Virus record (IMG/VR): IMGVR_UViG_2706795039_000001
Location: 1 to 64,000 of that record
DNA from: a virus
Lineage: Duplodnaviria; Caudoviricetes
Direction: 5' to 3' (one strand)
Length of the DNA stretch: 64,000 nt
The position numbers were made by a program, and so were the translations under genes. The notes beneath the pieces were generated by a model. The model was not told where the DNA came from and made no database searches. It saw only the letters and a list, made by a program, of their open reading frames with translations. This document shows, piece by piece, positions 8,124 to 17,725 of this stretch (position 1 is its first letter; each line of letters opens with the position of its first letter).

Positions 8124-8204
8124 GGGTATTTTGAAAATTGGGGAAAGTAAAATTGGGTATTTTGAAAATTGGGGAAAGTAAAATTGGGTATTTTGAAAAT
8201 TGGG
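8124..8204. repeat. 31-bp tandem repeat (~2.6 copies)
   Basis: GGGTATTTTGAAAATTGGGGAAAGTAAAATT. Confidence 0.9.
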
Positions 8205-8300
8205 TAAATAAAAATTGAATAAATGAAAAACTGACACGGGGATTTGCCAAAACATGTGCTAAAGCACAAAGCATGGCATAAGTGGTAATTCGATATTTGA

Positions 8301-8465
8301 TAAAATGCTAGAAGTGAAAAAAGGGTAAGTGGTAAAATGCTAGAAGTGAAAAATGCTAGAAGTGAAAAAAGGGTAAGTGATAAAATGCTAGAAGTGAAAA
8401 ATGGTAGGTGGTAAAATGCTAGAAGTGAAAAATGGTAAGTGGTAAAATACTAGATATGAAAAATG
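8301..8465. repeat. AAAATGCTAGAAGTGAAAA repeat array (~6 copies)
   Basis: Repeated unit with GGTAAGTG-type spacers. Confidence 0.85.
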
Positions 8466-8608
8466 GTGGGAAGCTAGGAAAAGACGAGGTGGGAGTGGTG
8501 GGCGGCTTGTTCATATTAAGGATTAGGATCTTTTCCTTCTCTTTATAGAAGACTCGGAAATTAACGTAAGCTTAAAAATTTTAAATAGACCCTCCCTTAT
8601 ATCTAGTC

Positions 8609-8720
8609 CAATCTAGGGTGGTTTTGCGAAGGTGACTCAGAATCTTCCTTTCCCCCTGCTACCTAACGTTCGTAGGGGTCATGGAATCTTGTTCGCCATG
8701 CTCGCAACCACCCTAGATTG
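8609..8720 (-). ncRNA. Putative ~110-nt structured RNA
   Basis: 15-bp perfect closing stem CAATCTAGGGTGGTT/AACCACCCTAGATTG, internal hairpins, upstream TTGACG-18-TATAAT. Confidence 0.45.
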
Positions 8721-8770
8721 TTTATATTCATTAACTCTAGATATATTATATCCGATTTTTTGTCAAACCG

Positions 8771-9133
8771 TCAAGCAATTTCTAGTATAGTTTTTATTGC
8801 TTCCTTGGTGTAGGCAATAGCTTGGCGGAAATCGCTGAAGCTTTGCACGGACTTGTGAAGAAACTTGGCTTGTTCTTTTGTAAGTTCTTTCACTACTAGG
8901 TGCTTAACTGTCTTATTGAATGTTTTGTAATACTTAGGGTTTTTTGAATACGTGCTGAACCAGCGGAGTTCGCCATTTTCTTCCGTAGTTAGAATAAAGA
9001 AGTAATGGTCTCTCTTACCCATATTTGTTAGGGCGAATAGTCGATTTATTGTATTACGCTTGATACAGGATTCGAATTCTAGTTTGGGGACTTCGTAGAG
9101 TCCCCCTAAATACCTGAACTTAGTTAATTGCAT
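8771..9133 (-). CDS. Hypothetical early protein (basic)
   Basis: ORF. Confidence 0.7.
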   Translation of the reverse strand: MQLTKFRYLGGLYEVPKLEFESCIKRNTINRLFALTNMGKRDHYFFILTTEENGELRWFSTYSKNPKYYKTFNKTVKHLVVKELTKEQAKFLHKSVQSFSDFRQAIAYTKEAIKTILEIA

Positions 9134-9145
9134 CTTGTATGCCTT

Positions 9146-10204
9146 TTAGAATAGCCACTGTTTTGCACTGTTGTTTCTAAAGAAGTCTAGGTGTGGTAAT
9201 ATCTGCGGGGATACTAGCACGTTTAGTTGGTTATACAGATGAATAGCTATATTGGTATAGTTCCACTCATCCTTAACTGGGTCTATATAGAAAGGCTGTA
9301 CTGTAGTTACTACCTCTAACAACTTGTCTTCCCCAATTCTATTTGTTGCGGTAGCATAAGAATTTCTAGCCTCAACCCATGCATCAACTTTTAGGATAAT
9401 ACTGTCGTCACCCTTCTGCATAACGCACTCAGTCAGGCTTTGATGTACAAGCTTATACCCACTCAATTCCAGTCTTACTAAATGATTGCCTTCCGTTGGT
9501 AGTTCGTAGATAGGAGGCAGCGCATAGAATGCTAGCTGTTTATTAAGATGCTCTCTTACCTCAACTAACCTAGCCAGCTCTGCCTCTGTAGCTTCAATGG
9601 CTCGTTCAATTAAGTCTAGATCTTCAATAGTGGCGTTTTCTAAGGAAAAGCCAGTTCCTGACTTGGCTGCTTTACTCTTTTTCCTAGTAGGTGCCTGCTC
9701 CGCCCCCTGTACCCTCTGAGTTTTAGCAGCTACAGGCTTCTCCGTAGTTTCAGCAGGTTTTTCTACATACCTCTTAACCACCTCTATGTGTACCGTCAGT
9801 CCTAGCTTTTCGTAGACGGCTACCACGGCTTCTTTAGGGTCTTTTAAGGTCTGGACGATCTCTTTTGCTTCCTTAGTAAACTCGTCAAACTGCTCCACAA
9901 ACTCCTTCTCTAGAGAGGTGCCTTTAAGATTGTCTAATTTTGCTGAATACTTTGGCATACTCTTTTTCAAAGATGAAATAGAGAAGTCCCAGTACTTTAA
10001 TCTCATAGCCTTACGTTCTTTGTCGGTTTTATCCGAATACTCTAGTAACCCCATCCAATCCAACACAACACTGTCACGGTAATACTTAGTGTGCTGCGCT
10101 AACAATAAGTACCCTTCTTCGCCTATCTCATCCTCCCCAGCGTTGCACATAGCTAGTTGGAACGTGTTAATTATTTTAACCACTGTTTCTTTTGTTAATT
10201 TCAT
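9146..10204 (-). CDS. Hypothetical early protein with central linker and coiled coil
   Basis: 352-aa ORF with GAGG SD. Confidence 0.8.
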   Translation of the reverse strand: MKLTKETVVKIINTFQLAMCNAGEDEIGEEGYLLLAQHTKYYRDSVVLDWMGLLEYSDKTDKERKAMRLKYWDFSISSLKKSMPKYSAKLDNLKGTSLEKEFVEQFDEFTKEAKEIVQTLKDPKEAVVAVYEKLGLTVHIEVVKRYVEKPAETTEKPVAAKTQRVQGAEQAPTRKKSKAAKSGTGFSLENATIEDLDLIERAIEATEAELARLVEVREHLNKQLAFYALPPIYELPTEGNHLVRLELSGYKLVHQSLTECVMQKGDDSIILKVDAWVEARNSYATATNRIGEDKLLEVVTTVQPFYIDPVKDEWNYTNIAIHLYNQLNVLVSPQILPHLDFFRNNSAKQWLF

Positions 10205-10215
10205 ATTTACCTCTA

Positions 10216-10716
10216 TTAATTAAAATAACCCAGTCTTAACATGGACTTTACCAGAATGTCTCCATGTAGGTTCTTTTCCGTCAAATTCTGCGAAAGACCA
10301 CTGCCTTCCACAACAACCACAGTAATATTCTTTAACAGGTATTGTTTCCCGACACACATGTCGTCTAGGTATTGTTTACCTGAGTCGTAATATCTAGTTT
10401 GAGCATACACAAGAGAGTCTTCAGTACACTCACATTGTGCTAGCAAATCTTCATATGCCTTAGCTGCGTCTCTATAAGCCTTGGCTGCAGCTAGAATCCT
10501 TAGATAGTGCTCTGCCTGTTGTTCATCGTGTAAAGTAAGGTTGCCTACTTTATACACTTGCTTGATTTCTTTCTTCATATCCGATTCCTCAGCAACTCTA
10601 GCTGCTTTTCCAAACTTATACATGGACTTCAGGGCAGGAGCGCTGGCGCGACCTGCCCTAACTTTTTCTATGAAGTTGTCATAGTTTGCATGTATTTCAT
10701 CCTTTCTCTTACTCAT
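10216..10716 (-). CDS. Hypothetical early protein
   Basis: ORF. Confidence 0.7.
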   Translation of the reverse strand: MSKRKDEIHANYDNFIEKVRAGRASAPALKSMYKFGKAARVAEESDMKKEIKQVYKVGNLTLHDEQQAEHYLRILAAAKAYRDAAKAYEDLLAQCECTEDSLVYAQTRYYDSGKQYLDDMCVGKQYLLKNITVVVVEGSGLSQNLTEKNLHGDILVKSMLRLGYFN

Positions 10717-11090
10717 TTGTAGTTGTCCAACAGTTTAAACAACAACTTGACTTGAGATATAACGTTCTTTTCATCCACGTATAGTAGGTAGAATGAGGCA
10801 AACGCAACCTTCAGATTCTTTTCGTTTGAGTAGTCTAATAAGTTATGTTCTCTAGCACATCTCGCATAACGTTCAAGGCTACTGCTCCAGGATTTTTCTC
10901 AAATACCTCTATTAGTTTGCGAATTTCTTTAGCAATCTCTAGCATCCCCGCCTTACGCAGCTTATCTCTCACTTCATAGATACTATAGGTAAAAGGCATA
11001 GTAGAGCCTCGGTGCAGTGCAGTGACTGCGCTTGAAATAGATCATATATTCTCCTAACCCAAAGGTTATTGTATCTCTTCTTAGCTACTC

Positions 11091-11330
11091 TTACAAGAAG
11101 TATTTAAGAAATTTTTGTAAGTCTTCAACGGAATCGAAGGTTAGCGGTTTGGTAATATCTTCCCCAGATTCGTCAGTAACTACTAGTGTACCTTCTTCAA
11201 CAACTGCCCGAAATAGGAGGCCTTCGTCACTAACTGCTTCTACCCAATAGCATTTGCCATTCATTTGCTCTGGGAAGCTAGACTTAGCCGCTTTCCATAT
11301 TTCATGGATAATATCTTTAGTACTTAGCAT
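11091..11330 (-). CDS. Hypothetical protein
   Basis: GAGG SD. Confidence 0.7.
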   Translation of the reverse strand: MLSTKDIIHEIWKAAKSSFPEQMNGKCYWVEAVSDEGLLFRAVVEEGTLVVTDESGEDITKPLTFDSVEDLQKFLKYFL

Positions 11331-11338
11331 ATGCTACC

Positions 11339-11536
11339 TCACATTACTACTACGTCGAGAGTTGTTACTATAGACAAGTTCCACCATGCTACCCTGCCGT
11401 TATAGTCACCCTCTAAGATTTTAACTTTTACTTTGCCTCTCTCTTTATCCACTTCAAGAACAACGTAGTATACCGGATATTCACCATCCGGAATCATCCG
11501 TACCTGCCCAACTTCTAGTTTTCTTGTGTTTTTCAT
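11339..11536 (-). CDS. Small SH3-like hypothetical protein
   Basis: GAGGAG SD; LEVGQ..YVVLEV..KVKV pattern. Confidence 0.7.
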   Translation of the reverse strand: MKNTRKLEVGQVRMIPDGEYPVYYVVLEVDKERGKVKVKILEGDYNGRVAWWNLSIVTTLDVVVM

Positions 11537-11541
11537 TTGGA

Positions 11542-11766
11542 CTACTCCTCATCATCTGGGTAGGTAGTGTCTAGTTGTTTATTAGGGAACACAATAGTGT
11601 TGTCATCTGTAAGCTTAGCAAGTGCTAGAACATGCAGATTATCAGTTTCTAGTGATTTTAGTAATAGGTATTTACCGCAAGCAGATATTCTTTCTACTTT
11701 GGCCAATACAGCAGTGTAACCTAATACGTGGGTGCATCGAATAATATTACCGATCTCAATTTTCAT
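11542..11766 (-). CDS. Hypothetical protein
   Basis: Likely start MKIEIG at 11766. Confidence 0.65.
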   Translation of the reverse strand: MKIEIGNIIRCTHVLGYTAVLAKVERISACGKYLLLKSLETDNLHVLALAKLTDDNTIVFPNKQLDTTYPDDEE

Positions 11767-11770
11767 AGTA

Positions 11771-12226
11771 TTACCAGTCATAAGTAAATCCTGCATCGCC
11801 TTCTGCCAAAATAGCCTCGGCCAACTCGCTAAGTAGTGGGTGCATTTCGATAAGTTTGGCTGTTTCTAGATCGTGTTTGCTAGCCAGTTCTTCATCGTCT
11901 TCTAGGATTGTGTCTACCATTCGATAGAGAACGTCAGAGTAACTTACTTTTGCGTAACGATCAATGTAAAAATCGTCATACATAGAAACCTCGTCTTCTT
12001 CTGGGTCTTTACCTAGAATCTTGCAAATAACGCTATCAATCTCCTTAGGGAAGCTACTCTCTGTCTGACCGCTGGGTAGCAGCCCCTCTGGTTGATTCAT
12101 GAAGGCTTCAACTCGAACGTGTAACGGAAGCTTTTCGTCAGTAATGAACTCTTTAAACTTCTGGCGTACAGCTTCGAACTCTAGGAACATTTCCATGTAA
12201 AAATCGCTATTAGCATCAACAAGCAT
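11771..12226 (-). CDS. Hypothetical acidic protein
   Basis: First gene after an early promoter; GAGG SD. Confidence 0.75.
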   Translation of the reverse strand: MLVDANSDFYMEMFLEFEAVRQKFKEFITDEKLPLHVRVEAFMNQPEGLLPSGQTESSFPKEIDSVICKILGKDPEEDEVSMYDDFYIDRYAKVSYSDVLYRMVDTILEDDEELASKHDLETAKLIEMHPLLSELAEAILAEGDAGFTYDW

Positions 12227-12240
12227 ATCTATATCCTCTT

Positions 12241-12297
12241 CTCAATTTATATAAATATTATAACAAAAAAGGCTTGCCGAAGCAAGCCTTTAATTTC
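12241..12297 (-). promoter_or_regulatory. Fused terminator/early promoter
   Basis: AGGCTTGC-TTCG-GCAAGCCT-T5 overlapping TTGCTT-17-TATAAT. Confidence 0.8.
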
Positions 12298-12861
12298 TTA
12301 ATTTGTCAGTTTAATAGCTGATTGAATACCTGTTTTAAAGGCTTCCTTAGTAGTGCTGTCGCTGACTACCTTACACACATCGGCTACTGAGTTCTCGTCT
12401 TTGCCAATAAAGCCTGCAAAGATTAGTGTTGGGAACTTCTTGACGTATGCCTTAAACTCTTCGCAAACCTCGATTTTCGCAGTTTGAGTCAGTCGGAACT
12501 CGTCACGTCCAGCCTCCATAGCTGCTTGGAGATTAGTGTACAACTTAGAGTCATGTGGTAAGTTCTTTTCCTGAATCCACTGGAAAGTGGCCTTACTACC
12601 GTCTTGGCCGTAACGGCCTTCAAATGTTGCCTTGATCAAGGATTTCAGGTCTTCAGTGTACATTGATGGAACCTGAGCCATTTCCTGAATCTTCAGAGTA
12701 TAGTTACTGAGTACGTTCTCAGAATCTTGTGCTCGTTTGTTGATAACCTTTTCGTGGTTTACGATGGTGTTATAGACGCTTACACCATATAGTAGAGGCG
12801 TTCCAACACAGCCGCCCAAAGTTAGTACAATCAGTAGTGTTACTAGTTGCCAAGTTTTCAT
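12298..12861 (-). CDS. Membrane-anchored LemA-like protein
   Basis: N-terminal TM, helical body, FPT..FAG C-terminal motif. Confidence 0.55.
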   Translation of the reverse strand: MKTWQLVTLLIVLTLGGCVGTPLLYGVSVYNTIVNHEKVINKRAQDSENVLSNYTLKIQEMAQVPSMYTEDLKSLIKATFEGRYGQDGSKATFQWIQEKNLPHDSKLYTNLQAAMEAGRDEFRLTQTAKIEVCEEFKAYVKKFPTLIFAGFIGKDENSVADVCKVVSDSTTKEAFKTGIQSAIKLTN

Positions 12862-13973
12862 TTATATCTCCGATTCCCTAATGGGTATTTATACACTGGT
12901 TTAATATTTGTATCCTGATTCGTTACTAGGTAATGAACAAAGGCTACGTTAAGGAAAAAACATATTACAAAGAACCACACCAACATGCTAAATGATGGCT
13001 TGATATTTTCTGCCATATCAGCAAAATCAGAGTTGGGTATTCTGGAGAACTTCTCTAGCACTAGAGCTAGTTGTTCTTTCAAAATTTCCGTACTCCACTC
13101 CTTTTCTATAGCAGCGTTTCTGAGATGGACGTGAAGTTCTCTGTTGTTCATACCATCCGCGAAGCTGGTAGACCTGAACCACGCTACTTTGTTGCCACTC
13201 ATACCATACATTAGTAGGACGTCATTCTTTTTAACACCGCCCCACCTAGCTTGCAGCATATCGAAGTACTCAGTACCTTCTTCAGTAAACACTGCTATAA
13301 TGTTTACTTGCTTAGTACCACCGTACTCTTTAAGCCACTCTAAGATAAGGGTCTCAGCATCCTGTGTACTCACCTTAGAGAAGTTAAACACTTTAGAGTT
13401 TCGATAGTAATCGTACACTCTAGGGTACGCTGGGATAATGCCTTTGTAGTTTTCGGCAGCCTCTCTATTCTTATAGAACAGAGAGTCTTTATTCGCTTTT
13501 AAGTAGTTTTTGTAATTATTCTCTCTAGCGAAGTACTCACCTATTTCCACTTTGGTAAATCGTGGAGGCTCCTTTAAACCTCGCCTGTCAACTCGGTCAA
13601 TTTTTACTGACCCTACAGTTGACTCCACGAACCAACTAATATCCCAAGGGTGCTCGTCGCAGTAAATAGGTACACACGTTTTGTTGCCTTTTGAGTCCGA
13701 GGTGCATGTTTCACCACATTTGTATTTATGTGAGCAGGAAACCTTTTTGGAATACTTGGAAGTAACCTTGCCATTCCACACCTCAGTATCCCACATATTG
13801 CTGTGCATACCCACGTAAATCCCCACACAAGCAAGGGCAGCAAGTACGGATGCAAAAGCCCCGCCTAGAGTGAACTCGGGGTCAGTTACCTTTTCTTTCC
13901 ACACCAATTTGGCCAAGACCAGGGCTATAAGCCCAGGTATGGCCATCAACATAAAGTAAAGCAAAAAGCCCAT
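12858..13973 (-). CDS. Multi-pass membrane protein with Cys-rich extracytoplasmic domain
   Basis: 2 N-terminal TMs, CSHxYxC..C..C..YCDEH, C-terminal TM; coupled to the LemA-like gene. Confidence 0.75.
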   Translation of the reverse strand: MGFLLYFMLMAIPGLIALVLAKLVWKEKVTDPEFTLGGAFASVLAALACVGIYVGMHSNMWDTEVWNGKVTSKYSKKVSCSHKYKCGETCTSDSKGNKTCVPIYCDEHPWDISWFVESTVGSVKIDRVDRRGLKEPPRFTKVEIGEYFARENNYKNYLKANKDSLFYKNREAAENYKGIIPAYPRVYDYYRNSKVFNFSKVSTQDAETLILEWLKEYGGTKQVNIIAVFTEEGTEYFDMLQARWGGVKKNDVLLMYGMSGNKVAWFRSTSFADGMNNRELHVHLRNAAIEKEWSTEILKEQLALVLEKFSRIPNSDFADMAENIKPSFSMLVWFFVICFFLNVAFVHYLVTNQDTNIKPVYKYPLGNRRYK

Positions 13974-14011
13974 ACAATATCTCCTTTTAATTTATAAAGA
14001 TATTATACTAA

Positions 14012-14359
14012 CTATTTAGTCGCTTTGCAATTACTATTTTGCTTTTTATGGAAGGTGGTGTCCCAAGAAAACTCAATCACTGGAATCTCAACTGATATTG
14101 AGCCAAATCTTTTAGTAACTGCATCACTAGACTCCCAAACTCGTGGGTTATTTTCGGATTGGAAGAACGTACCAACACCAGAAACGAATACGTCGTCTAG
14201 TCCTCGATACATAATCGCCTCAAACATCTGAGATACCAGGTCTAGTGTGAAATCTTCAATATCTTTGAAGAAGTCCGCCATGATTGTCATTACCTTAGTT
14301 TCATCTTCGTATGAAACTTCAGGTTGGTTACTATCCACTACTAGTCGTACTAATGTCAT
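14012..14359 (-). CDS. Hypothetical protein
   Basis: ATGA-coupled ORF. Confidence 0.7.
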   Translation of the reverse strand: MTLVRLVVDSNQPEVSYEDETKVMTIMADFFKDIEDFTLDLVSQMFEAIMYRGLDDVFVSGVGTFFQSENNPRVWESSDAVTKRFGSISVEIPVIEFSWDTTFHKKQNSNCKATK

Positions 14360-14829
14360 TCTTCAATCTCCTGCTCTAGTTTAGCACGTCGTGCCAATAC
14401 TTCTTCCATCTTCTTGTCCAGCTCTGCAATCTGGCGTCGCTTATCTTCAACAATTTGTTGACGGTACTTGTTAATTCTGGCCTGAGTGAAAGCTTCCTCG
14501 TTTTCAAGCCAGTCTAGTGGGATTAAGATTACTCTAGAGTCGTACTTGACTCGGATCGCATTCTTAGACTTAGATACTGTTACCTGAGCAATTGCAAAAG
14601 ACCTAATCTTCAGGTCTAGGAAGCTCCAATCCTTGTATAGAGCTTCGTACTTTTTGCAATAGCGCTGGAACTTTACCAAAAGAACTGCTGTGTCCGTTTC
14701 CAGCGGCTCAGAAAGCTTGGAGGCTTCTTGGTGGAGCCTTGCAGCCTCTTTGTACATGTTTCTAACCTTGATTGCGTTTTCAATAACATTTTTAGCAATC
14801 TTTTCGGTCATTAGTTCATAGTCATTCAT
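14356..14829 (-). CDS. Hypothetical coiled-coil protein
   Basis: ORF. Confidence 0.75.
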   Translation of the reverse strand: MNDYELMTEKIAKNVIENAIKVRNMYKEAARLHQEASKLSEPLETDTAVLLVKFQRYCKKYEALYKDWSFLDLKIRSFAIAQVTVSKSKNAIRVKYDSRVILIPLDWLENEEAFTQARINKYRQQIVEDKRRQIAELDKKMEEVLARRAKLEQEIEE

Positions 14830-15314
14830 AGACTCACTCTCACTACGTCATTAGCCTTAGCCAAGTAGTCTTCTAGCTCTTCACGATTAAGCTGCTCGAA
14901 CTTAGAGACATGATTAATCTCTACTAGGTGGCTATCCACAACGTATTTATGTTGTTTGCTAGACCACTTAATCTTGGCACTCCGAATTTTTCGGAAATGA
15001 ATTAGCGCATACATGATGTTTTCATCTGACAGGATTGCACTATTCACTTCCGAAATACCCAACATCTTACGGATGCGTGGGCCATACACACTAGCCGTAT
15101 TCTTTTGGTTAGTGTACATGTTAAAGTTGTAGATGTTAACCATTGTGTTAAAGCTTACCGTGTACTTTCGGTTCATAAACACAGGTCTTGAGTTAATAGC
15201 CCATACTGGTGTGGCATATGAGGTCATGGAGTAACGGAAACCTAATGCCCTAGCAAATTCTACAACGGCGTCTGCTTGATACTTTAGTGTATCTTTGATT
15301 GCTGGCAAAGTCAT
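14826..15314 (-). CDS. Hypothetical protein
   Basis: First gene after promoter; GAGG SD. Confidence 0.75.
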   Translation of the reverse strand: MTLPAIKDTLKYQADAVVEFARALGFRYSMTSYATPVWAINSRPVFMNRKYTVSFNTMVNIYNFNMYTNQKNTASVYGPRIRKMLGISEVNSAILSDENIMYALIHFRKIRSAKIKWSSKQHKYVVDSHLVEINHVSKFEQLNREELEDYLAKANDVVRVSL

Positions 15315-15322
15315 TTATACAA

Positions 15323-15387
15323 TCCTCTTCATTCAATTTATAAACATATTATAAAAGAAAAAGGGCTGCTTAGCAACCCTTAATTTT
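15323..15387 (-). promoter_or_regulatory. Fused terminator/early promoter (direct repeat of 19178-19242)
   Basis: AGGGTTGCTAAGCAGCCCT-T run overlapping TTGCTA-17-TATAAT. Confidence 0.8.
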
Positions 15388-15388
15388 A

Positions 15389-15661
15389 TTAATAAATGTC
15401 TCGGCTTAGAAAATCAGGCCACTTAGCTAGTAGTGCTTGCTTGAGTTCTGGTCTTAAATCCCATAGTTCAGTAACCAAGAACCTGTAACTATCGCTAGAG
15501 GTTATTCTCTCAGTACGTCCATGTGGTAACAGTTTCACTAGTACCCAATTATCACAAGTACACGTCTCAGGGTGGCACAGATAGTGGCCAGACTCGATAC
15601 GGTATCCTGGGGCGTACTCTTTAATGTACGCATCAATTTGTAGTCTGTACACGGGCTGCAA
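15389..15661 (-). CDS. Hypothetical protein with C-HPETC-C motif
   Basis: ORF; possible metal-binding motif. Confidence 0.65.
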   Translation of the reverse strand: MQPVYRLQIDAYIKEYAPGYRIESGHYLCHPETCTCDNWVLVKLLPHGRTERITSSDSYRFLVTELWDLRPELKQALLAKWPDFLSRDIY

Positions 15662-15866
15662 AATCCTCTAACATACCTACGAAGGCTACCTTAACCCTAT
15701 TTTTGATAAGGTCATCCCTAACCACAGACTCTAGAACCTCACTACTATCGGAGAAAAACACGAATCTATCTCCAGTGTATAGAGTTGGGTAATAGTTACC
15801 AACATGCCCAGCAACATAAACGGTGAAGCAATAAACTCCACCTTTTACAAATTCAATCTCACCCAT
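15633..15866 (-). CDS. Hypothetical protein, tandem paralog 2
   Basis: Shares MGEIEFVKGGVYCFT and FVGMLEDFA with 15871-16107. Confidence 0.75.
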   Translation of the reverse strand: MGEIEFVKGGVYCFTVYVAGHVGNYYPTLYTGDRFVFFSDSSEVLESVVRDDLIKNRVKVAFVGMLEDFAARVQTTN

Positions 15867-15870
15867 AGCA

Positions 15871-16107
15871 CTACTCCTCGTTAATTTCTAGCGTAGTGGG
15901 TACGTAGGATGCAAAATCCTCTAACATACCTACGAAATTTACACCAATTAGCTCTTTATCTAAGTCAGCACGTACTATAGACTCTAGTATCTCACTCTTG
16001 TTTGCGAAGAACATGAACCTATCGCCAAGATAGAGAGTAGGATACGAGTCTCCTGTGTAAGAGGTGAAGCAATAAACTCCACCTTTTACAAATTCAATCT
16101 CACCCAC
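15871..16107 (-). CDS. Hypothetical protein, tandem paralog 1
   Basis: Shares N- and C-terminal motifs with 15633-15866; GTG start. Confidence 0.75.
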   Translation of the reverse strand: MGEIEFVKGGVYCFTSYTGDSYPTLYLGDRFMFFANKSEILESIVRADLDKELIGVNFVGMLEDFASYVPTTLEINEE

Positions 16108-16111
16108 AGCA

Positions 16112-17725
16112 CTACCCTTTAAAGTAAGAGTCTACTTTTTCACGGATTTCATTCAACGTGGTTAGTCGAACAAAGTTACCGTCTTCGTAGATAGTCTTTA
16201 ACAAGTTGCCTTCAGAGGCTTCCTGTTCTGGAGTAACATCCGCGACTAGCTTCAGCAGACCAGTTTCAGTATCTTCAACCACCATCAGCAAACCACGTGC
16301 AGACTTCTTGCTAGAGTCTGTTTTAGGGTCTTTAGAGATTGGGTAGTGGTTACCAGTCCCTAGCTGAATGTCAGTAGCTTTGACAGCAGTACCGTGAGTA
16401 TCACGAGTGACATACTGGTAAGTAAAGCTACCAATACCCAATACTACAGCAGGTACAAAGCGTTTCGCTAACAAGCGGCTGATGATCTTGTCTTGGCGCT
16501 CTAGAGTAATAGAGTCGCCATAGATTGCCCCAACGTGAGAATCTAGACGTTTCAATCCGTTCTCGATTGTACCACCAAAAGTATCCCACAAACACTCAAT
16601 CAAGCCTTTGACTTCGTGTTCTTCTAGTGGGTGATACGTACAGTTAGTTAACCCGTTAGTCTCTTTGAACAAGCGGTAGAATTTACCCTCTACTTTAGCT
16701 ACTTCTGGCATGTTGCTAGCAGAAACTTCATCGTACTTCTCAAATACCTGCTCGAAGTTAGTGTAGTTCACGCCGTCCCACGTATATCCTGTTAAGATAT
16801 GTACAGGGTCGCCAGAATCTGGGCGAATAACTAAAGTACCTTCACGAGACATAATTACGTCTTTCAGTTTTGGTAAGTATTTAGTCACCAGCTTCCAGAA
16901 GTCCCAGGTATCTGAAACTACAGACAGAATCCCTGTAGGAGTCACCTTAGTCATTAGGTGTTCTAAAGACTCCAGCTCACCTTCGTTACCATATGAGCAC
17001 ATGACCGAGTGTTCAGTGGCGTCTACAGAAGCAAACACCAGCTCTTGGTCGATTTTAGCACCGTAGTATTGCTCAGCAAATAGTGCTGCCGGAATAGTGT
17101 CTGATCCATAGAAACTACACAAATGGCCAAAGCCAGACATAGCCGCTGCGTGGCGTCCAGGCATTCCACGGTAAGAGAAGTCGTGGCCTAGGAACTTAAT
17201 CATGCCAGTGTCGCGTAAGCTTTGTTCTTGCTCAAAACGAGCACGGTACGCGAACGCAGTAGTAGCAGATGTGATCGTCAACCAAGTTTCTGAAGACGCA
17301 TCTGTTTCCAGCATGTTAGTAACCCAGCCGAAACCTTCCACAGTGTTTACGATAGTGTAGAATGGTACACCATATGGTACTAGAGTACCTTCCGGCAGTG
17401 CCTTTACACGAATAGGTAAATAGCCTAGGTCGTGTAGTGCTTCAAAATGATCAGTAGGTACTTTTTTACCCAGCATTGCTGACACGACTCGACTGTACTC
17501 TTTTGTCGCATACTCTTTAGGTAGCGAGAAGAATACATCCCAAGCGGCCTTGGTTTCAATTAGCCAAGCTTGTAGACCTGCAAAAAGTACGAACTTACTA
17601 TCTTTTACATTACTGTGCTTACCAAAGCGAGGTGTCATGTTTGAGTAAACATGGGTAGTACCTGGACGGTAAGCGAATGGGTGGTATACTTTGTAACCGT
17701 CTTTACGTAGTGGTGCAAAATACAT
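16112..17725 (-). CDS. nadV: Nicotinamide phosphoribosyltransferase family protein (NadV / Namat-like)
   Basis: DGYK..H, HDFSYRG, ATEHSVM, SVVSDTWD, RPDSGDP, IYGDSIT, KDPKTD..KKSARG; start ATG 17725 after own promoter and AAGG SD. Confidence 0.9.
   Translation of the reverse strand: MYFAPLRKDGYKVYHPFAYRPGTTHVYSNMTPRFGKHSNVKDSKFVLFAGLQAWLIETKAAWDVFFSLPKEYATKEYSRVVSAMLGKKVPTDHFEALHDLGYLPIRVKALPEGTLVPYGVPFYTIVNTVEGFGWVTNMLETDASSETWLTITSATTAFAYRARFEQEQSLRDTGMIKFLGHDFSYRGMPGRHAAAMSGFGHLCSFYGSDTIPAALFAEQYYGAKIDQELVFASVDATEHSVMCSYGNEGELESLEHLMTKVTPTGILSVVSDTWDFWKLVTKYLPKLKDVIMSREGTLVIRPDSGDPVHILTGYTWDGVNYTNFEQVFEKYDEVSASNMPEVAKVEGKFYRLFKETNGLTNCTYHPLEEHEVKGLIECLWDTFGGTIENGLKRLDSHVGAIYGDSITLERQDKIISRLLAKRFVPAVVLGIGSFTYQYVTRDTHGTAVKATDIQLGTGNHYPISKDPKTDSSKKSARGLLMVVEDTETGLLKLVADVTPEQEASEGNLLKTIYEDGNFVRLTTLNEIREKVDSYFKG

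Noticed and set aside
7316-8274. ORFs 7316-7624, 7484-7705, 7546-7812, 7921-8274, 7940-8134
   Set aside because: Translations simply mirror the tandem DNA repeats; no SD; non-coding repeat region
7363-8465. Possible CRISPR array
   Set aside because: Repeats are head-to-tail or have near-identical spacers; no unique spacers and no cas genes
10713-11046. Possible decayed gene (SD+ATG near 11045, 54-codon internal ORF, in-frame TGA near the 3' end)
   Set aside because: Needs several frameshifts to join and has no recognisable family; cannot be supported without homologs
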